Assembly (NCBI RefSeq): GCF_003918875.1
Contig: NW_025764935.1
Span: forward strand, 248,001 to 312,000
Source of the DNA: Haliotis rubra
Taxonomy: Eukaryota
Direction of reading: 5' to 3'
Length of the DNA: 64,000 nucleotides
The position numbers and the translations under genes were made by a program. Below, one piece after another: positions 14,041-26,075 of the stretch. Within the stretch, counting starts at the first letter, position 1, and every line of letters begins with the position of its first letter. The notes below the pieces were generated by a model that worked only from the letters and a program-made list of their open reading frames with translations, did no database searches and was not told the origin of the DNA.

Positions 14041-15809
14041 ATCAAATAAACATACTTAAGTTGGATTTTTCTGATGCAGCAATTCAGGCACGTGAAAGAG
14101 GTTTGATTAGCAGTAGATTTAGGTGTCTAGCCATGGCACTTATGAGTGAAATGAAATAGTGAGATTGGTTGTGGTCGATAAGGTTTCCCAGCTTAGGTAG
14201 CCTGTGGGACATCATGTTTGACACAAATTGAACTTAATGGTGTTGATGAATAGTTACTTGTACCAGTTTACTGAGACACAAGAAGATTTGTGAAAAACTT
14301 ACTGTGAAAACAAGCCTGATTTTTGTGTTCTGGCGTGAAAGTTTCTAATATTTGCAAACTTGGAAATCTCTTTTTCAGGTCTTCATGTAATGTCAAATGT
14401 TCTAATCTTGAGCCATAGATGAAGACAGAAATCTATTCTCATTACCTCCAGCTATTTCACTGTGGAAAATCACGTTCACAAATATTGTTTTATTTGAACA
14501 TAGATTTATGAAAATGTATCTGTATGTTCTATATGGCCTATCAATAACAGTTTTTAAGATTTGTAAAGATAGTTTACAATCATTTACAAGAAAGCTGAGA
14601 TATAAATGTGTACCAGGGATTGTTCTGTGTATATACCTGAACATTTGAATGTTTGTCAGGTGGGCTAAAGGGTCTGTGAAGATCGGGGTAAAATATTGGA
14701 CTTCAGCTGATAGCGATTGTTGTAACATACGACTAATTGCATTTAAAACAGTAGTGAATGGCTCAATACTGTGGATCTGAACATACAGCTAATTGGCATG
14801 TCCCAAAAGAGTTCTAATCCATTGATAAATTCCTCAAAGACGCTTGTTTTGAGCATGAAAAAAAAAGAGAATGGAGAGGTGATAAAAGCTGAGATCTGTT
14901 GAGCAAAGACTTTATTGAAGGCTGAGGTTTACCCAAAGGATTGTGGGAATAAATGTGGATTTCGAAGGATATTAGTTTCTTGTTCTTCTGGCATTTGCAT
15001 AGTCACTTGGAAATGCCAATATTTTGACATTTGTTTAATGAATAATCGATGTGATAATCTCGTGGGAGCTCTTCTGAAATTTGAAAAGATTGATGGTTAT
15101 CTGTAAGATGGCAATATTGAGTTGCTTATATTTTTTTTACCATGCGACTTCTAACAGGACAGCTCACAGCCATTTTGTTTGTACAACTGAATTGGATAAA
15201 TGAATTTACAGTTTTGAATACACAGACCCAATGTTCTGCGGGTCACCTGAAATTTTCCGGAATATTTTCTGATCAGAAAGGTCAAAATAGGGTAAAGCAA
15301 TATGCAACAGAAGTAGAAATAACAGGCTCATACGTTATACATACAGAAGTGGTGATGCAAAATTGACATTTACTGTGACTGTAATGTTGACATGCATACA
15401 GTTACCTTACGGTTAAAGGTTGATGTTGGGATAAATACACAATACTCAACACAGTTAAAACAAATGTCATTGTGAGGAACAAGCTGATATGTCTGAGTGG
15501 TGTGCAAAATTACATGTTCAGTTAGTCGTGTTTCCAGACTGATACATTGCTCAGACCCCAATGCATGAAATGTCAGTGCCATAAACCCTGCCTCTTGGAA
15601 GATGACATCCACCATGCAGCACAACAATGAAATAGTCAGGTTATTATGGGAAGTCAAAGGTTATATCAGGGCAAGAGAAAATGTGTTTAAAATTCACTTT
15701 CTTCACAGCACATAAAATTCCATGATGCGTGTCAGTGAGCTATTAATAGGTAGCTTTAGAATGTCTGTTTTTGATCCCCATCAAGTGTAGCATGCTCTTC
15801 ATATTTGTT

Positions 15810-15965
15810 GGGGTGGTGGGGTAGCCTAGTGGTTAAAGCATTGGCTCATCATGCCGAAGACCTGGGTTTGATTCCCCACATGGGTACAACATGTGAAGCC
15901 TATTTCTGGTGTCCCTGCCATGAAATTACTGGAATATTGCTAAAAGTGTGGTAAAAGTAAACTCC
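15810..15965 (+). mobile_element. tRNA-derived SINE family B, diverged copy
   Basis: A box TAGCCTAGTGG, degenerate B box GTTTGATTCC, tail CTGGAATATTGCTAAAAG; homologous to 16939 and 31285 copies. Confidence 0.85.
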
Positions 15966-15998
15966 CTGTTATTTGTGATGACCTTTCCCATGATCATG

Positions 15999-16098
15999 AA
16001 CCGCCTCCGTGGTGTAGTGGTTAGAGCGTCCACCCGGAGAGTGGAAGGACGCGGGTTTCGATCCCTGACTGCATCATACCAAAAGACGTTAAAATATT
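15999..16098 (+). mobile_element. tRNA-derived SINE family C, 5' half (split by pogo insertion)
   Basis: Matches the 5' ~100 nt of the intact minus-strand copy at 53531-53877; continues at 19221. Confidence 0.85.
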
Positions 16099-16678
16099 GC
16101 ATAATAAAACATCCAATATAAATTGTTGGCTTACTGTGTTTATCTGTTTTAAACACGTGTTTGTTTTGTTTTGTTCTGTTTTTGCCAGCTTGGGTTATCT
16201 TTGTAAAAGCGTGTTCTTTGCCACGGGCAGTTCAAGATACCTTAAACTTGTTTATTTTGAGAGCAGATTTCTGATTGGCTAATGATAAAATGAAAGGCCA
16301 ATCAACAGAAGCCTTACATAACCGGTTAAGCGATCGCTTCCAAGAAAGGTTGTGTTTGTGTGAAATGAACAGTTTCATAATTCCTTATGAAAAAAGACAG
16401 TCGACGACGTTGCTTTCTATAATTTATATCAGACAGTTCACTCTTCGTGATAAAAAAGCATTGAAGAAACAAATATAAAATAACAATTGCATACACATAT
16501 CACCATTGAGTGGAGGGATGTATAAAATATCGCATACATGTATTATGTTGAGGGTAGGGATATCTCAAATATTATTTCAGCAGCTAATGTTCATTGTGGT
16601 TTTATGGATTTTTTTTCACAAGTCGGCTTCTGTGAACCCATCAAACTCAGTGTCCGACTCCTCCCCTGCGAGTGCTTG

Positions 16679-18150
16679 CTAGGCCAGCTCATCTATGTTG
16701 TCGTCGTAATAGTCGTCAAGGTGTGTGTCGTCGTTGTGTTCTTCACTTTCAATGTCATCATGGGAGGTTGATCCGATGAGGAGTTCATCATCTTCACCGC
16801 CGTCTATGGCGTTGGATATACTGCACTTTAGGAAGCTTCGTCTGACCATATCCACCGGAATAGCATCCCACGAGTCACGCAGCCACGTAGCGACTGTAGG
16901 GAGGGGCGCACGTCGCATGGCGTTGTTCTTAGTGAACGGGGCTGTGGGGTAGCCTAGTGGTTAAAGCGTTGGCTCGTCACGCCGAAGACCCGGGTTCGAT
17001 TCCCCACATGGGCACAATGTGTTAAGCCCATTTCTGGTGTCCCCCGCCGTGATATTGCTGGAATATTGCTAAAAGCGGCGTAAAACTAAACTCAGTCAGT
17101 CAGTCAGTCTTAGTGAACGTATGTTCACCATTCACCATCCACTTGGACCACTGTTGTCGCACTCTGTTTGAATGGCTTGTTCAGGGAGACATCCAGGGGC
17201 TGTAGGAGTGACGTGCACCCACCGTGGATGACTACTTGTCTTGTCCTGTTTTCCCTTAGTCTCTTCTTCATGCCCTCACACAGATGTGCTCGAAACATGT
17301 CCCATACAAGGAGAGACTGACAACCTCTGGCACCTCCCGGTCTAGCCATCCACACGTCCGACAGCCAGCGCAGCACCAGTGTCTCATCCATCCACCCCTT
17401 GGGATGTACAGCGATGATGACATCCGGAGGAAACTTCTCTTTAGGCATCGTCTTCCTCTTGAAAATAACCATCCGCGTCAACTTCTTTCCATCGGCGGTA
17501 CATGACAGTACGACGGTGAAGTGGGCTTTCTCTGCTCTGGTCGTCTTCACGGTGATGGTTGATGACCCCTTGGTGTGAATGGTCCTATTCCCTGGCATGT
17601 CGAATGTGAGGGGAGTCTCGTCCATGTTGCCTATTTGTGACAGCTCGAAGTCAATGGCCTTCCTCTCTTTCAAAATGAACGCGTGGAAAAGGTCCACCTT
17701 CGTGTCCACCTCCTGTGGTAGTTTCTGTGCGATGTGTGTCTTTTGTCTGAGAGCAAGGTTGTGTCTTCTTAAAAATCGAGTACACCATGTAGAGGACGCC
17801 TTGAAATTCTCAGGAAGGTTCAGCTCTTTCCTCTTCTTCCGGTAAGTCTGGAGTGCATGATGACGTATCATCATACGTGTGACGACAAACCCGCTCTGCC
17901 TCTGCGACATCACCCACTCTTCTACTACCTTTTCTAACTCGACGAACAGGGTTTTCAGTCCTCGTCTGGCCTTCTTCGTTTTCGGCATCTGAAGAAGAGC
18001 GTCCTTCATCTTCCTCCAGTCACGTACTTGCTTCTCATTGACTGAGCAACTCCATGCAGCCGAACAGTTGCTGTTCTTCTCTGCGAAGGCGATCACTTGC
18101 AACTTGAAGGAGGCTTCATATGCGTGTCATTTGCGTTTGATATCCATGAC
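16679..18150 (-). pseudogene. pogo transposase (BrkDBD/CENP-B HTH + DDE_1), disrupted by SINE and frameshift
   Basis: 325-aa ORF with IGNMDETPL, HPKGWMDE, LLVWDMFRAH, LQPLDVSLNKPFK; C-terminus (WLRDSWDAIP..SFLKCSISNAIDGGEDD) resumes beyond the SINE at 16939-17107. Confidence 0.92.
16939..17107 (+). mobile_element. tRNA-derived SINE family B, young copy
   Basis: Intact A box and B box (GGTTCGATTCC), (CAGT)n tail, perfect 12-bp TSD TCTTAGTGAACG (16927-16938 / 17108-17119). Confidence 0.95.
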
Positions 18151-19220
18151 GAATGAAGATTTTGAATGTAAATGTATGTTTTATACTTTCAAGTTATTCC
18201 AGTGGAAATTATTAAACTAGCTTATACATCCCTAATCCGTATCTGCTGAGACGGATATATACAGTATCATTACTGTTGCGTGTTGAGATAAACATTAACT
18301 AAATGTTAAAAAACACAACAAAGCGAATACCATTACCGATTACGTAAATTTATCCGTAGTTAGATCCTTTGAAGGGGCGTAAAAACAAACTGGTGAGCTT
18401 GCAGGTGTGTACCTCGTGTATATTGCTATGGTTGACTTGTTCTTAGAAATCACACCATTGTAAGTAATTAATGTCACTGCATTCAAGAATTAGGTAATAT
18501 CTCCAAAGTGTATATTGTGTATAATGCCGGCGAACGGGCAGTTCAAGATGCCTTAAACTTGTTTATTTTGAGAGCAGATTTCTGATTGGCTAATGATAAA
18601 ATGAAAGGCCAATCAACAGAAGCCTTACATAACCGGTTAAGCGATCGCTTCCGAACGCTACTGTCCTGGTTCATTTACCGAGACTGATCGAGTGACACAG
18701 ATATTTGACTTCAATGTAATTTCTTGATTAATATCATCTGTAGTACCGCATTTATTAAATCATTAACAGTATTTTTCAAAACCACCACACAAAACTGCCA
18801 CAGAATACAAATAAGTTTACTTTACGTGAAACAAGTCGTGTCAAGTCATGTCACGTGGCCCAACTTTATCGCTCGATAACAAAGTACCGGTAAGTACATA
18901 GCTGTGATCAAAATATCTGATTAAATTTAATTTATTGTTTATACTATGAAATATATTTTACAAAAGACAAACAACAAAGTTTTATATTTTATGTTTTGTT
19001 TGTCCCACGATGTCATTTACCTTTGGAAACGTTGTCAGTACGTATATGCTTCCTGCTTCAGGTGTAAACATTGCCAGTTGAGTTCGCAGGGCTGGCAGAT
19101 TCACACACCTGACCTCTGGAATTTTTTGGGTAGATTAATGAACTCAAGTATAAGTCAGGTCTGATTTTTTACCTACATTTTCTGGTATCAAATTTCCGAC
19201 TTATAGTCAGTCATATACGG

Positions 19221-19597
19221 TACTTGTTGAACCCTGCCTGGCGCTTTGCATTAATGATTACAACAAGGACTGGTCGGCTTGGAGTCAGTATAATGTGTCT
19301 GAGTGGGGTATTCATGCTTCACTGCGGCATGGTATCTCAGTGAGCTAGCCCTATAAAACCAGCTTAAGTCTGGGCTAGTACAAGCAGCTGCACATACACA
19401 TACACACGCATGCACGTCATCATATGAGCGAAATATTCTCAAGCACGACATAAAACCCTATTTCACCTCACACATTCAATTTTGTTGCATATTTATGAAT
19501 GAAATATGATTCTTTCAAGAGTAAACATTATCATTGCTATAATTGTGTTAATAATCGGGAAAACCTTGAACTTGTCACTACCACATTTATCTAAATC
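19221..19597 (+). mobile_element. SINE family C 3' half plus 124-bp transduced flank
   Basis: Colinear with reverse complement of ~53407-53778; TGATCATG at 15991-15998 and 19598-19605 brackets the whole insertion. Confidence 0.85.
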
Positions 19598-20267
19598 TGA
19601 TCATGTTCATGGGTGTTTATTTCTTCAGCCTCCCTTAACAGACAAAGCACTTTGTTGTATTTTAAAATGTCCATATTTAACATGACTCTTCTCTGAGACA
19701 TTCAAAATGTTTTGGTTTTGACTACTGATTTACACTAATGAATAAAGATTGTAGTTTGGGTCCAAAGATTGGGTTTAACTTTCCATAATGTAACACCTTG
19801 TGCAAAGTTCAATTTCATTGCCAGGTCATCATCAGCATCAAAGAGTACTTTCTTCAGATGATTACACTAATGAAAGTATTTCATATCCAAATATCTAAAT
19901 TGCATCAGGTTAAGTATTAAGTGTTTTCCTTCAAATTACAACCAGTACTTGATGCACTCACCGATGAGACAACCACTCTCATTGAATGTACAATTTTGTC
20001 TTGGCCCACAATATATGCTCTTTCATGGTGAACCTGATAACCTGAAACTGGCCCCCTGTTTTTCCTCTGTAATTTGTACTTTTGATATCATGTAATGACT
20101 TGAAATTTGTTCACACATGCATATTTTCCATGATTCACTTTATCAGATCGTATTTTCAAGTTTTTGAACTATTATTTTGCGGAATGACAATTCCTTTTGA
20201 AACAAAATTATGAAATATGTTTTGGGTATAGCAATCCACAACATGCTTTACTTAATAACACATTGTG

Positions 20268-20559
20268 CCCATGAAGGTCCGGGTTAGAATATTAACCTTC
20301 AGTAACCGCCCCCATGCTTGTAGGGTATGGCAATAGAGTGCTTTACTTCATAACCCGTGAAGGATCGGGTTAGAATATTGGTCAGTAACCCTGCTTGCGT
20401 TGACTACATGTCATAGGTTCCATGTCATAGGTTCCTAAATGCGCAGATCGATGCTCATATTGTTGATCACTGGATTGTCTGGTCCAGACTCGATTATTTA
20501 CAGACCACCGCCATAAAGCTGGAATATTGCTGATTGTGGTGTAAAACTAAACTCAATAA
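20268..20559 (+). mobile_element. Family A retroposon: isolated 5' head (20268-20320) and second copy (20354-20559)
   Basis: Second copy has a perfect 13-bp TSD CTTTACTTCATAA (20341-20353 / 20560-20572). Confidence 0.88.
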
Positions 20560-21207
20560 CTTTACTTCATAAGCAGCACTGCATTCTTAGTGATGTCAGC
20601 TATTTTAGTTCAGTTCAGATTAGAATTTTTACAGGAAGCCATTTTATATTCTGTTGTATGTCCTCAGCTTGTATTGAATAAGGTTAAAGAATTGATAAAT
20701 TAAATAAATCATCCTTGAATGTGTGTGGTCTTTATTATGATGCTACACCACCAGTTTTGTGACACAAGGAAAACCAGGCAAGTGTTAACAAATTCTTTCC
20801 TGCAAAGATTCCAGTGTTATTTATTTCAAAACTGGGATGTTGGCATGGTTAAACTTCTTTGTTGTTTTGTCTCAAGAATGCATATTTGATGCATAAAATT
20901 ATATGGACACATTTTTGAAGGTGAAAAGCAGTCCCAGAGTACAATACACAAGTTGCATGCACTGATGAAGTTGTTACTATCCCTTGGACAGTTTTGGATA
21001 AGACTGGTGCCTTGAAAGGTTTACATGCACCACACGTCTTTCATGTCAAGACTCGGATCTCTTGCTTCCTTCATCATGGAAGACATTTTGTGTCTGTTTG
21101 CAATATTGAGATGTTGCTGTACATATCAGATAAGTTGTCTTTTCTGTAACATATCACACACAGCTGCTTCGGTGAAAGATAAAAGGTGTCGATAATGTGA
21201 TAATTTG

Positions 21208-21614
21208 TAGGGGTGGGTATTGCAGAGAATTTTCATATTACGATATATTGCAATGCGGAAGCATATATTGCGATATGTATTGCAATATATTGCAAGGATT
21301 ATTTTTTTAACAAAATCTGCTTATAATCGAGTTAATGCTTGATTATACAGCAAAACCACAAAAAAATCACTGATTGATTAACCTTTTATAAAAACTTTTA
21401 ATCATGACAAAATAAAAATGTAAGTGACATTTGGCACTAATGAATCAGGGAAAAGAACAATTAAAAAAACGGAAATATCAGAAGATTTCCGAGTGTTACG
21501 AAATTTTCCGAATGCATGTCAAAATACCGGTTTTCGATCAGCGTATCACAATACGTATCGTTTTCATGTCTGAACCGGTAAATACCGGTAAACCGGTTAT
21601 ATTGCGCAGCCCTA
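21208..21614. mobile_element. hAT-type MITE
   Basis: TAGGG...CCCTA termini, perfect 8-bp TSD ATAATTTG (21200-21207 / 21615-21622). Confidence 0.85.
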
Positions 21615-21890
21615 ATAATTTGCACTTTTTTGCGGTAAGAGTTCCGCCTGTACCCCCCCTCTCAGAAACCAAGATTATGAACTGTCACTCATAAAACACA
21701 CTAAATATACGGGCAATAAAGTGTACAGGGTCTAATAAACAATACACAAGGTTCAATAACTGCCGGTTGTGTATTCAGCCTCGGGAATTGAACGCGAGGC
21801 AGTTTACGTAGCTGTCTGCATACCATCATCGCCATATGCAAGCTATATTCCTTACGACTGATTATTACACATGAAGAACACAACGTACCT

Positions 21891-23520
21891 CTACTGTCCA
21901 CCTGTATACATGGAGCCGATGTCCTCCATCAATAACAAGAAGATGTCTTTGTCAGTACTGCACCGATATATGTATTTGGATAGGTGCAGTAGAAAATCAT
22001 AATGGTGGGTGCGAGTGGATGGTAACTGCCGTTTGATACACCGCCACCGGTTTTCGATAAGGTTAGTGCATGCACCGGTGGTGGGATCTGCAAATAATAA
22101 AACAAACATTACATCAAATGGCTGATTTTAGTTGCATGTCTTTACATGATGATAATGTATGGTGTATACATTTACCTTTGAAGTTTTGGGAATGGTTTAC
22201 CGTACTATGGGTATAACCCAGGTCAGACAGTCCGTCGTAACTCTTCCAACAGTCCGTGATTATATGACTACCCCCCACAACTTTCCTACAAGTGACATCA
22301 AGTAATGTCCGTCGGTCACGCGTCTCTACGGGAACAAGAAAGAACTGTCGAGTCTCCCTACAAATACATTCCAAAACCCACTGACCCTCTACCATCCTAC
22401 CTCTGTGATACTTACATTTCCCAAACTTACTTTCATCAATTTCCACTGTCAAGCCAGCCCCACCTATTCTGTCCGAACCATTCTTTTCCACCATCGCAGA
22501 GCATACCTCTCTGCAATACATGAAATAGTCCGATACTGTTTCTCTGGAGGTTTCTAGGACTTTCCCATCACCATCACATCGATACTCGTTTCTCTGATTG
22601 TGTCTGCATATGACATTTTATGTGCAAAGCAGAAGGTCAGCAAAACAGTTTTTCTCAGTGACAAATGGACCCAGAAAACCACGTACTCCTCAGTGCAGGA
22701 ACCTGATTTTTGTTACTTTTTAAACTCTTTTTTACATACTTTGCGGTTACACTGGAAACGATAGTCAGGCACCTTACCCTTGCGATTAATTGTATACGTG
22801 CGACTTAGAACTTGCCAACAGTTAGGACAAGTTGCTAGAGTAGGTAACACCCCATACAGCTGACAAAAAGAAATAGTGTTCTCGGTGCTTCCTAAATGTG
22901 AAATTAGAAAAAAAAGATTCATGGGAGGGGTTGTTTAGCAGTGGAACGTGTAACAATTCGAGGTGCTGGGGCAGTGTTACGAGGGGGTGTGGGGTGAGAC
23001 ACGGGATCAACAGCTGAAGGTGTGGGAGAGCGTGGTGGTGAGAGAGACTGGAAAGGGTCTGCAGGAGTTAGGTGCAGGGTTATTTTTTTACACTTACGCG
23101 GACGGCTTGTTTCAGATGGGTTAAGAGGGTTGTTGGGTGAAGTTACAAAGCGAGCGGGACGTTTAATAGTGCGTTTAGGGCGTGCTGGAACGGGAGGAGA
23201 CGAAGTGCAACAGGAAGGAAGGGAGCAGTGTTAGTACTGTTACTGCTGGTGTTAATATTTTGGGTAAGTAAAAAAGATAAACCTGTGCTTGAAACTGAAG
23301 AATTAGATGGCTGGCTGTCACTCGTTCGTCTCTCAGTTGATCGGTCACTAACGCTCGAAAATACCGGTGAGTCCTGGTTCAAGTCGTCAATCGGTCTCTG
23401 ACCTGGGTCGATATCACCCTCTGAATCTGTAGAAAAAAAATCTAGGAGAGGATCGGGAGATGACTAAGGATTATCTCCAACGACGTTGGGTGGAAATTCA
23501 TAGTCAGAAGAGGACATGGC
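21891..23520 (-). pseudogene. Merlin (IS1595/ISXO2-like) transposase, decayed, with GT-AG intron
   Basis: IGGAGLTVEIDESKFG..HRGR..GQWV, IITDCWKSYDGL, VNHSQNFK^DPTTGACTNLIENRW; upstream CPNC..FQC..C zinc ribbon; intron 22088-22175. Confidence 0.9.
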
Positions 23521-24529
23521 TTCACAATTCAGATGAATGGGAAAGAACAGGAATGGACAATACACTCGATCGGGATCTCGTATGGGAATGGCAAGCCCAT
23601 GTATGTTACACTCACAAAATAGGCAAGCTTTACATCATGTGACGTCACTAGATACAAGCACTTCGTGCCAAATTCCTTCCAAATGATATATTACATTATA
23701 GAATGACTTTAATATATTTAATATATTTAGCCCCGGTAGCAAATCCAGAATCGCATAAAATGTGTTGGGGTTCAAATTCCAGCATTGGGAAAATACTAAT
23801 CATTAACGAGAAAAACACTGGGATATTGCAAACCCACTGATTATGGGCTTCAACCTGCTTGAGCTCTGGTGACATCAGTTATTATTAAATATGAAGAATT
23901 TATTCCAAAGGGTCAATTTCTTTTTCAACATGTGTACCTCTTTATTTTTCCAGCAGTATATAGGTTAACTGATACATTAGTACAAAATAGACCAAACACA
24001 CCAGTATCTCAGCCTTGGCATCTCTAGTGTAATCTTTGGTTGGCAAAGACAGTAACAGACTTTCATAAAGATCCTTCCATAACAGATTTAAATGCCCTGT
24101 GTAGCCGGATGTGGTGGGTTAATGTCCAGTCACTGGGCTGCTTGTCATAACAAGGCAGTTCTTTGATGAAGATGTTTATTTTGTGTCAGATCAAAGGGAA
24201 GTTGAAAAAGAGAACCTCCCTCCTATTAGAGTTAATGCAGAATAGTTTTAAGTTAAGCCAAATATTAGATGGCTGTAGCATATGGTTGAAGACCACATGC
24301 TCAGTCAGGGCAAACATGTGGCAGCTGATAAATATTTAAGATAATATATGGAATAATATTGTAATAAAACATAATTTACTATTATGAAGTACTGTGATAC
24401 CCTGTAATAAATAGTGTTTGTTTCCAGAACAAGGTACATAAAGATAAGAATATTGAAAATTGTTTCACCTGAAAAAGAACATCCCTCCAATAAGACTTCA
24501 TGCAGATTGCATGAGGATGGAAGGTGAGA

Positions 24530-26075
24530 AAAGCAGTTTTAGAGAAGAGGACCAACAGACCTATTAAAAGAAAGGTAGCATCTAAGAGGTGTTGATGCCA
24601 CATGGTCTTGTAGCCCACACATCCTCAATCCAGCGATTCACTAATGTCTCATCCATCCACCCCTTGGGATGCACTGCCATGATAACACCTGTTGGAAATT
24701 TCTCCTTCGGCACAGTCTTCCACTTGAAAATGATCATGGGCTTGAGTTTTGTTTCGTCTGCCATACAGGCAAGCACCATGGTAAAATGTTGCTTTTAGTC
24801 TTCACTCATTTTATATCCAGTCTTTGTTCCGGGCATGTCAAAACTTAATGGCCTTTCATCCATATTGCCAATATGTGGTAATTCATAGTTGATGGCTTTG
24901 TGCCCCTTTATCGCAAAGGAGGAACAAGTCCACTTTTTGTGTTTACTTGTTCCAGGAGCTTCTGCACGATATGTCTACCCTCTAAAGACGAGATTACTTC
25001 TATTCCCATTCTTGGAACCAGGAATGATACTCCCTATTTGTGACAATTTGTAATTGAATGTTGTGCTTTCTTTTGTCACAAATGCATGGATCAAGTCCAC
25101 TTTCATGTTTACCTGTTCTGGCAGCTTCTGTGCGAAGTGTGTTTTGTCGCTGAGGGTGAGGTTTTTCCTGTTCTTCAAGAGGGTACACCAAGTTGATGAA
25201 GCTTTGAAACATGAGGGCAGGCTCAACGTCTTGGCTCTGTATAGAGTTTATGGTCAGTGCTGGATCATGTTTCTTGTTGCAATTTAGCCACACTGTCTTT
25301 GTTCCATAATCCAGTTGGAGAAGTTTTCTGGTTGGACATAGCAGGCCTACCAAAGAAAACTTTCCCACTGTGCAGAAAAACGCAGAAAAGGTCACATTAA
25401 TCGTGGAGATAGCAAAATAAACACATTACCTCGCTACGGATACAGTAAAAATGGCAACATTTTTATGTCAGCAAACTTTGACCTCTACTGAGCATGCGCA
25501 TTACGATCCGGGCTTCTTTCCAATTTCTGAGCAACCGTGAATTGCCTCGCATAGAAAAAGTATTAAATATGTCGAAATAATTGCTGTCAATCGTTTCATA
25601 CAACTGGAAAGTAAACTAAACAAGTGTGCACACAGGTATCATGATGATAAATGCCAAATAACACAACAGAAATACTTAAAAGGAATGTAACTTTTGTCCA
25701 AGCTGGAAAATGTAAACATGCGGTCGAGACTTTCTCATCCATGTGCGCATGCGCAAAATCGAAGTTGCAGGCTCCTCGTTTTATGATGCAGTGTTAGCGA
25801 TTTAAAGTTGCTATTTTTACTGTTTCAGTAGCGAGGTATTATGTTTATGTTGCTATTTCAACAATTAATGTGGGCTTTTCCGCGTTTTTCTGCACAGTGG
25901 GAACATTTTCTGTGGTAGGCCTGCGTAGGGTGATACAGTATAGGCATTTCAATCAGTGATGCTTTCTTTCTTCAAGTTGCAAACTTGTTTCTTTGTGATA
26001 TCAGTCTCTTGTAACAGCACTGTTTGTCATCTCTGCTTAGTGATACCACTAAAAAGGTGATTGGTATGAATTATA
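24530..26075 (-). pseudogene. Second, older pogo transposase relic, interrupted by a MITE
   Basis: Fragments FKASSTWCT, THFAQKLPEQV, LACMAD..KLKPMIIFK, HPKGWMDETLV similar to the 16.7-18.1 kb transposase; N-terminal remnant (KKASLIEMP) beyond 25930. Confidence 0.8.
25341..25924. mobile_element. Foldback-type MITE with ~120-bp imperfect TIRs
   Basis: GCAGGCCTACCA..TTCCCACTGTGCAGAAAAACGC.. mirrored by ..GCGTTTTTCTGCACAGTGGGAA..TGGTAGGCCTGC; TA next to or within 1 nt of each end. Confidence 0.85.

Larger units (their letters stand above)
16099..19220 (-). mobile_element. pogo-type DNA transposon (POGK-like), left terminus missing
   Basis: Right terminus CGACTTATAGTCAGTCATATACGG|TA; sits between the two halves of a family C SINE; contains the transposase below. 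Confidence 0.8.

Noticed and set aside
16939-17010. tRNA gene candidates (also 15810, 16000, 31285, 53810)
   Set aside because: They continue into SINE bodies and tails, several with TSDs; tRNA-derived heads only.
22114-22521. Bacterial IS1595 insertion or contamination
   Set aside because: Contains a GT-AG intron and is embedded among animal repeats; it is Merlin.
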